64,000 nt of DNA from assembly GCA_951406725.2 (NCBI GenBank), contig OX597817.1, forward strand, positions 92,690,001 to 92,754,000. The letters run 5' to 3'. The notes beneath the pieces are model-generated. The model worked only from the letters and a program-made list of their open reading frames with translations. It was not told the origin of the DNA and ran no database searches. The stretch is from Octopus vulgaris. Its lineage: Eukaryota. Positions 55,466 to 64,000 of the stretch are shown here, in pieces. Within the stretch, counting starts at the first letter, position 1. Every line of letters begins with the position of its first letter. Position numbers and translations under genes: made by a program.

Positions 55466-57857
55466 TATGTTAATTAGTTAAATGTTTTAATGATTGTTTC
55501 ATTAATGAATACATTAACGTCACATGTTACTTAATGTGCTCATAGATATTAAAGCAGATATGAAATAATTGTTGCAGTATACGTTACACACCTCAATACC
55601 GAAATGCAAATGTTCATGCATTCATTCAATCCTTAAGAATAGTTTTTGCAACTTTTTCTGAACATATAATGCCTGCACCCAACCCAAAGAAAATAATTTA
55701 GCTTCGATTCACGTGTCTTTTCACATGTTAGTCAAAGATGCATTTTCCAGTTTAAGGAATTTTGTCTTCCTTTTACATTTTTCTAACAGGCCACTTTTAT
55801 ACCAACTTTAATTGTGCCTAACTGGTTATACACATATTTGTGTATGGCTGAGGTCCGCCATACAGAAATATATCTCCATACAATACAACATATTTCACAA
55901 ATATTTCTCCATACAACATTGTTCACATTCATACCGGTTATTTGTGTATGGCTGAGCTCGGCCATACACAAATAGCCAGCATGGATGTGAACTACGTTGT
56001 ATTGAGATATATCAAATATTCTAATAGAGAGATAAACGAAACCTAATTAATAATAAATTAATGATAAATAGGATCTTAGAGTATCATATGTTCATAGGAT
56101 TACCCGTAACTTTAAATACTTTAGATGCGGGTAATAAGTATATCATACTATGATTTGGTAGCACAAGTTATTCGGGGTGTCATATCATTCATAGCATACC
56201 CTCTATTATCTCGAAATCTATGAAGTATTGCTTTCTAATAACTCTTAACCCCTTTGATCTGTAATCTTTTAATAATTATATTATATATTTACACCTTCAG
56301 TATTGGAATTCTCTTCGCTCGTGGTTAGTATACCATATAAATTTACAATGGATTACTAAATCTTGCACCTCACTTAAATATGAGATATAACCCCAAGGAT
56401 CTGTTATTATTTTGCATAGATCAGTGTATTCGATGTATTTTAGAAATATTTTTGTAACCCATTTCCAAAGGTATCTTTATTTTTTAATTATATATTTGAT
56501 ACTTATATTTTTTATTTTATATGGTATTCATGATAATAACATATCTAAGAGTTTTTTCAATATATCAATATAACTTATATCTTAATTTATAAAATAATCG
56601 TTATTTTATTTTATTTTGTCTTATCCTTACTTTTATGAGTGTTATACCTTTTATATCATTCTGTAAAGAAATATCTTATAAAACTGTTTTTAAAATGTTT
56701 ATTTTTCATATTTTATATTAAATTTATGTATTCATAAACCTTCTTATACATTTGTCTAGCTTCTATATTTTATAAAGTGTTTATAACTTCTTTTCATAAA
56801 ACTCACTGTACAAGACAATTTTATATTTTAGATTTATAATTACACATTGTTTTATAAATTTTTTCTATCTATTTTTGATATTTTTATACATTTGTATATC
56901 CTTTCATAAACTTTCCTAGCGTTTGTAACTCATAAATAATTCTTTTATAGGGTCGTTTTATATAATTTACTGGATATGGGAATCCTTATTTTAACATATT
57001 TTTTAATCACTCTATATTCATTAAATGTTTACATGCCCAAGTAACGCTTTTATACATTTAGTCTACCTCTAATTCAATTACCTCTTATATTCGATACATT
57101 ATTTTACATTATCTTATACTTATCCACCAGCAATGAAGAGAATAGTTCTTTTTATTGCTTTAAAATATACTATGTATTGTTTGTGTGTGTGTGTGTGTAT
57201 AGGCCTGTATATATCTGGTAATGTAGAGAGCAAAAGAACCTGGAGTTCAAAGGCGGGCGCTCTGAAGGCCTGTAGAAAGGCAAGTACGCTCCAATCTGAT
57301 GATGGGGAAAATTCTTGCTTCAGGCAAAAGGTATTTAAGAACTCAATACCCATATGATAATATAATTCCGTTATACATTCATGTTAGAATGTCTTTATCA
57401 TGACCTTCTCAGCAATATGCTTAGAAAATTTCTAATTTTTGTTGTATATTAAGGTTTTAAGTTTAATTTTTTTCCGTATTCTATATATTGATTTAATTTT
57501 CTCAATTTAATATTATAGGTTTGCTAAGTTATAAATTACTATCTCCCGTATCCTTCAATTCTCTAATCTAAATAATCTAAATAAGTATTGCCCACACTTG
57601 TCCTTCTTCCTTCCAATTACCATCCCTTCCCAATCAGACATTCTCTTACTCCCAACCTTGCATCCTACACTTTTATGTAGATATGGCTAGATATATGGTT
57701 CCAGTACATTGGAAGTCTAGTAAATTAACTCACTCTGCCACAAATATAACAAAAGGAAACAATGTAAATATTTTAGTTTCCATTATTGATATAAATTTGT
57801 TTATTATTATTATTATTATTATTGTTGTTGTTGTTGTTGTTGTTATTATTATTATAC

Positions 57858-58230
57858 AGGCGCAGGAGTGGCTGTATGGTAAGCAGCTTGCTTACCAACG
57901 ACGTGGTTTCGGGTTCAGTCCCACTTCATGGCACCTTGGGTAAGTGTCTCCTACTATAGCCTCGGATCTATCAAAGCCTTGGAAGTGGATTTAGTAGACA
58001 GAAACTGAAAGAAGCCCGTTGTATATATATGTTTGTGGGTATGTTTCTCCCACCACCATTGCTTGACAACCGATGCTGGTGTGTTTACTTCCTCCTAGCC
58101 CGGCAAAAGAAACCGATAGAACAAGTACTAGGCTTACAAAGATTAAGTCCTGGGGTCGATTTGCTCGACTAAAGGTGGTGCTCCAGCATGGCCTCAGTCA
58201 AATGACTGAAACAAATGAAAGAGTAAAAGC
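57858..58230 (+). mobile_element. Full-length tRNA-derived SINE (family A)
   Basis: Box A-like TGGCTGTATGG, box B-like GGTTCAGTCCC, conserved body and GAGTAAAA tail; several copies in the window. Confidence 0.8.
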
Positions 58231-59022
58231 GTAAAAATATAAACTTTAGTTCAGTTCAAATACGTTTGGGACGTATTAGGCCTGTAGAAAGGCAAGTACG
58301 CTCCAATCTGATGATGGGGAAAATTCTTGCTTCAGGCAAAAGGTATTTAAGAACTCAGTTCAGAGCGCCCGCCTTTGAACTCCAGGTTCTTTTGCTCTCT
58401 ACATTACCAGATATATACAGGCCTATACACACACACACACACACAAACATATATATTACAATTACGAACCATTACTCTACATTTAGACATATCAATAAAC
58501 GCAACAATACTGGGCTTAGTAAATTAATTTGGTCTCTAGAGGAACATTTGATTTGGAATGTCATATTCTATATAGGTCATTTCCTTATGATAACGGTAAA
58601 TCTTTTTGTTCGCTCTGTAACGATGAACTGTATTTCATCCTGTTCTCAGAGAATCATTTTGTATACACATTTAAAGAACGGGTATATCGTTGCAAACGTT
58701 GGCAAAACCATACCTTTAGTTCCTATAAGTAACTTCTACCAGTCTATAAAATTCGACCTTTAACTATCTTCTTACATTTCACTTCCACTAAATATATGTA
58801 TTTCCACGCCTTTAATCTTTATTCCTGTTCACCTATCGCACTATATTTCTCCACTTTTAGTTTTCTGATAATTTCTTTCTCTCTCCTCCTCTTTCTATAA
58901 ATTGCCGTTGATGTTATATCTGTTAACAATTTTTTTTAAATAACTTACCAATGTTCCCTTCATCATATATGCAGTAATCACATTCGGTTGAAATGTCTTA
59001 TTGATGCATTTTGTTTTTCTTT

Positions 59023-59108
59023 TTCCATTATGAGAAGAATGCATTGTTTTACATCATTGTATTAATTCTGGAACAATGCCAACGTTTCCTTCGAAACATA
59101 TGTCGGAA
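59023..59108 (+). ncRNA. Core-mutated hammerhead relic
   Basis: TTCC-ATTATGA-GAAG...CTTC-GAAAC-ATAT-GTC-GGAA; resembles 28548-28630. Confidence 0.45.
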
Positions 59109-59904
59109 GTATAAAGATTTGAATAATACCTGCGTTTAACTCCATTTATTTACTTATCTATGTGATACAAAAACCTTTCACCAAAATCTGGAATTTCTAC
59201 CTTTATAGGTAGGCTGTTACATCTTTGGTACTTATGTGAATTTTTGCTACCCTGGTAACTATTTATTTATTCTTTCCGTGTTATTTGTAAACATTGATAA
59301 AATGCACATACATTTATGTGTGTGTGTGTTTGTGTGTGTCTGTGTGTATGTGTCTGTGTATGTGTGTGTTTGTGTGTATGTATGTGTGTGTATGTGTGAG
59401 TATGTGTTTGTCCCTCCACCATCGCTTGACAACCGATGTTGGGCATCTCTGAATTGACTGAAATATTTATCTTCCTTATAAAATATTTTTCTTATAAGAT
59501 ATCTCGCACCTCAGCCGCCAGTTCGGAACAAAGTATATGGGTGGCACACGAAGTAGCGGAGTAAGAAAAAAATTTTTTTTGATCAGTAAATAGTATTTAC
59601 TGACCTCTGATGAGAAAGCTAAAGCCTCCAGTCAATTCAGAGTTGATTCACTTGTTATCTGGTACTGAAGAGAAATTTGAAATGAATCTACTAATCCACA
59701 GGAATTTTGTAAGCTAAATTTGATGCTTTTAACACCTTTCATCCGACGTGAGAATTTTTCTCTGCGGCATACGTCTCTCAAATTATCTTTTGATGAGTCA
59801 AATATGTCCCAAACATATTTGAACGGATCAAAAGTTTTATTTTAAAACAGTACCCATACACACATGTGTATATGAATGTAAATATATACATATACATACA
59901 TACA

Positions 59905-59940
<36 letters not shown>

Positions 59941-60660
59941 TATATTTATATATGTATGTCATTATTCTGTTTTATTTCATGATTTCTTGCCAATAGAAAA
60001 AAAAGCTGTTTTCTAACCTAGATCCAAAGCTTTTTCATTGGAATTTTAACATCAACAAGGTATTTTTGTATGTATTTATGTCATTATTCAATTTTATTTC
60101 AAGATATTTGTCAATAGAGAAAACGTCGGTTTTTAACCAAGGCATTGGAATTTCAACATCAACAGGGTAATTTTGTATGTATGTATACGTGTAGATTCGT
60201 AGGTTTTGTTTTATGTCTGTCTTCTCATGCATATAGATAAAACCCAGAGCCTATGATACAAATCATGTAGGCAATACAAACATTGTCTGGAAGAAAATAT
60301 ATCCTAGATTTCGGTATCAGAAGATGATGTCACACGCATTTAAAGTTTGTATGAAAGTGTCATGTAAGAAAAATATAAGGGGAAGCCCAAATTTCTTAAA
60401 CCAGTTAATGCGACTTTGACTTACAGGTGGAAAGACGCGTGAATGTAAATTACATTATTTTCTTTGTATTGGGCGTGTGCATTTAATGTTCACAAAAAAT
60501 TACAAAAGCCTTTTCTCAAGAATTGTATGAAAGCTGGAATGGAGTCATTTGGATTTTTGGTATCAATGTGTATAGTGTATACTTCAACAATTTTGTTTTT
60601 TTACATTGCTTTTAGTGTTTGTGAACACATGAACTAACATGTGAGATTAACGTATTCATA

Positions 60661-61060
60661 AGCGCAGGCGTGGTAGTGTAGTAAGAAGCTTGCTTCCCAA
60701 ATACATGATTGCGAGTTCATTCCCCCTGCATGGCACCTTGGACAACCGTCTTCTGTTATAACCACGGGCCGACCAAAGTCTTGTGAGTGGATTTGGTAGG
60801 CGGAAACTGGAAGAACCCCCGTCGTATGTATATTTATATATGTATGTGTGTCTGATTTTGCCCCACCCCTCAACTGCTTGACAACCAGTATTGGTGTGCT
60901 TATGTCCCCGTAACTTAGCGGTTCGGCAATCAGAACCAATAGAATAAGTACCAGGCTTTAAAAAAGTACTTGGATCAATACATTCAACTATAAATTCTTC
61001 AAGGCACTGCCCCAGCATGGCTGCAGTCTAATAACTGAAGCAAGCAAAAGATAAAAGAAA
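60661..61060 (+). mobile_element. SINE family A, diverged
   Basis: Homologous to 57858-58230. Confidence 0.75.
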
Positions 61061-61082
61061 GATTATTGAATCAATCTATAAA

Positions 61083-61220
61083 ATGGCAAGGAAAAAGGAT
61101 CCACCTATTTCTGAATAGTTTATTTTGCTGTGAAAATTTGCGAATTTAAAAAATTAAGCCAAATGAGTTTCAATTTAAACAATTGATCACGTTTACTTCG
61201 AGCTATATAGGGAGCTCTTC
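61083..61220 (+). promoter_or_regulatory. Core promoter of copy 3
   Basis: Homologous to the copy 2 promoter; TATATAGG at ~61204. Confidence 0.55.
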
Positions 61221-61308
61221 TAAGACGTTTTTCAAACTTGTCCTTGTTTCACAAGACAGCCATCACCAATCTCCAAGAGGCTAAGAAAAGAAAATCCATC
61301 TGACCATC

Positions 61309-61360
61309 ATGCTGTACAAATTGTTACTAGTGATAGTAGCTATTTCATGTGCGAACAGCT
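61309..61360 (+). CDS. Exon 1 of paralog copy 3: MLYKLLLVIVAISCANS (rest presumably beyond the window)
   Basis: 16/17 aa identical to copy 2 exon 1, with the same phase-1 GTAAGT donor. Confidence 0.82.
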
Positions 61361-62232
61361 GTAAGTAAATTATATTGCTGTACATTGTCTATTTCGCGTC
61401 GTTTTTCTACTTAGTTATTAACTTTAGTTTATCAACAATTGATTCTTACAGTTCACCTCTACCTAAATCTCCCACGCGTGCCTGAGTGTATATTTAATGC
61501 GTGCATATTTGTGCCTGCGTTTCCCTCTCTGCCTCTTTCTTTACACACACACACACACATATTTATCGTTTACTTGTTTCATTCATTTTATTGCAACCAT
61601 GGTCGGATACTACCTTGAGTTTCGTCAAATAAATTGACTACAATTTATTCCATCAGTCTCTTTTACGGTATCGCGAAGTCACGGGAACGTAAAAGAGCTC
61701 GGCACTGGTTGTCAAACGGTGAGGGGACAATCACAAACACTAACACTAATACACACAGGTATACACTTATATACATATTATGACGGGTTTCCACACAGTT
61801 TCCCTCTACCAGTTTCACTCACAAAGCAATAATCGGTCCGCGTAGTATATACTTGCCTCAAGTGCCTCTGTGTGATAAATCACACAGCCACAACAGCGCC
61901 TATAAAAGCGTAATAGTGTATAAGGAGGGAAGGAAGAGGAACAGACAGACACGGCGTTTGCAGGTCGTTAAGCAACTTCCTCATTCAGGTTAAGAAGAGC
62001 TTTTGGAAAAACAAATAGGGACAGATATGCTCACACAAACGCACACCAAGCACACAGCTGCGCAGATTACACTTCTTATGACATTTTCACTACAGTTTAG
62101 CGTGGAATAAAGAAATCTCACTTACGGTAAGGGGTATAAAGACATCATTAGCGGCTCTATAGACCAAAAGATCAGCATTTCTGGCTCTTTTTCGGAACCG
62201 CTGATGAAGCTGTTAACTAGCATTTACTGCTG

Positions 62233-63138
62233 TATTACCTCCGCCTTCGCTAAGGCGGAGGTATTGTTTTCAGTCGTGTTGGTTTGTTTCTTTACCCGTG
62301 AACAAAGTATCTCAAGAAACGCTGGATGGATTCGAACTATTTTCGATTTTGTGATCGATCCGGTACCGGACAAGGATTCTGGATTATTTGTTATATTTAC
62401 TTTACGCTACATGATGTATTACGATCTTACACTGACTTTCAAGTCTGGCTCTTTCCAAAGTTTTATTTTCATTTATCTATTAGCAATTTTACTCGCGTCC
62501 CTGTCTAAGTGGAAACATGGATAAAGAAATCAAACTACATAAACAAACGGCAGCAAAACCGTTGAGAAATTAAATAGCACTAACACATTCGGTAACAATA
62601 ATAAGTTTAATTTATTCTCGTCAATTTTTAGTTTTACCAGTTTTGAATATATCGCTCCTGTTTAAAACCTCTTACTTGCTTGAAAATTGCATTTCTTGGG
62701 CTCACCTTTTTGTGCGCAACGGTGTTGTTAAACCTCCGTTAGCTGCACCGTGTGCAGGTCCTTTCCGTTTTCTATCATGCACAGATAAATTTTTCCCTAT
62801 ACACCTTAATGGTCGTAAAGACACTATACCAGTGGATAAACTTTAAAAAAGGCCTTCATAGAGAAAACTGTCCCTGTTACCACCTCAGACGACAAACACG
62901 GCTCGCACACCCACCTTCACATTCCATGACAACCACTGGGATCGATTAGGTACCGGACAAGGATTCTGGATTATTTTTCCGGTTTTTCTACTTAATTTTT
63001 GAGAGCAGTTGGGTTCATTGTTAGTATTCTCGTTTTTGAGAGCAGTCGAGTTTATTTCTAAAAATCATCTTCGGCTTATCGTTGGGAGGACGGTGGTATT
63101 GACTTGGCGAATGTTTGCGCTCTCTGAGTGCTCTTGTT
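62233..63138 (+). mobile_element. Helentron-associated (HINE/DINE-like) non-autonomous element
   Basis: 5' ACCTCCGCCTT..AAGGCGGAGGT hairpin. 3' subterminal GGCGAATGT plus GCGCTC-TCT-GAGTGC hairpin. Internal 35-bp repeat at ~62353 and ~62940. Confidence 0.6.
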
Positions 63139-63376
63139 ATACAAGATTTTTTTCAGTTCACGATTACTTCCCTTTGGTATCCGTTACTAAAGACGGCAAA
63201 AGAACTAGTGATCTACAGAGAGTGCTTTAAAACTTTTACCATAAGTGAGGAATTTTGTTCCACGGTAAACTGTACAAAAATTGCTTTAAGATGTTTCAAG
63301 CATATTTGAAGCAAAATTTATGTATGTATGAATGTTTGTGTTTAGACATACATATATACATACATACATACATACA

Positions 63377-63412
<36 letters not shown>

Positions 63413-63493
63413 TATTCGTACGCGAATGAGAGGATTTGCATCCCCAACCAAGAATTTTTGATGTAATACATGTCCTTGAAGAAGTAGTTGTGC

Positions 63494-63571
63494 GCGGCTG
63501 AAGAAGGCCACAGACGCACATTATGCATTGTTATAAATCCGTCTAATAAAGGCCCGAAACATATGTACCGC
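63494..63571 (+). ncRNA. Type I hammerhead ribozyme motif
   Basis: GCGG-CTGAAGA-AGGCC...GGCCC-GAAAC-ATAT-GTA-CCGC. Confidence 0.72.
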
Positions 63572-64000
63572 TGAATCCTTGGCATCATGTTTTTATTTTG
63601 ATTAATTTATATATATATATATATATATATATAAATGCGTTTGTCTGTATATGTGTTTGTGTATGCGTATACACAGAAACGCACACACGCACCCATACAC
63701 CTATACACGTATATACCCACATATACATACATATGGACATTCTAATAAGCATATGGCTCAAGGGTACGACAAAGGAACATACAGAAAAACATGCGCAGAA
63801 TGGACGTGGATATGCTCAATTTCTCATCAGACCAAATATCATCACAATTTTGACAACTTTCGATTTGCGTCAAAGGGTTAATTTGAACGACCGATATAAT
63901 ATGATCAAGAATAATTTTACTAATTCTACCCAGATCCGACATGGAAGGCAGATTAACTTGATGGAGGTGTTAGTTAGAAAGACTGGTTTGTGGTCTTTCA

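Noticed and set aside
57293-57365. CTGATGA-TGGG...CCCA possible hammerhead
   Set aside because: No GAAA after stem II; a relic at most.

Overview
AT-rich, microsatellite-dense animal genomic DNA with GT-AG introns. The SINE, Penelope and microsatellite make-up suggests a coleoid cephalopod such as Octopus (inference). The only host gene family visible encodes a secreted protein with 16 tandem 6-Cys pacifastin/VWC-like modules. It occurs three times in alternating orientation: a 3' fragment on + after a 100-N gap, one complete 3-exon gene on -, and a promoter plus exon 1 on +. Two of these copies sit at the ends of a ~43-kb interrupted inverted duplication. The rest is mobile DNA: a CR1-type LINE with an intact ORF2, a decayed mariner, non-autonomous Helitrons, Penelope and RLE-LINE remnants, SINEs and an 85-bp satellite. 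The most notable signal is non-coding. A young 485-bp tandem array carries a canonical type I hammerhead ribozyme in every unit and has an inverted 5' copy, which resembles a retrozyme that could make circular RNA. About ten more hammerhead-like motifs are dispersed through the window, including one with a compensatory G3-C8 core swap and one fused to a tRNA-derived SINE head. All calls were made by eye, without searches or folding programs.
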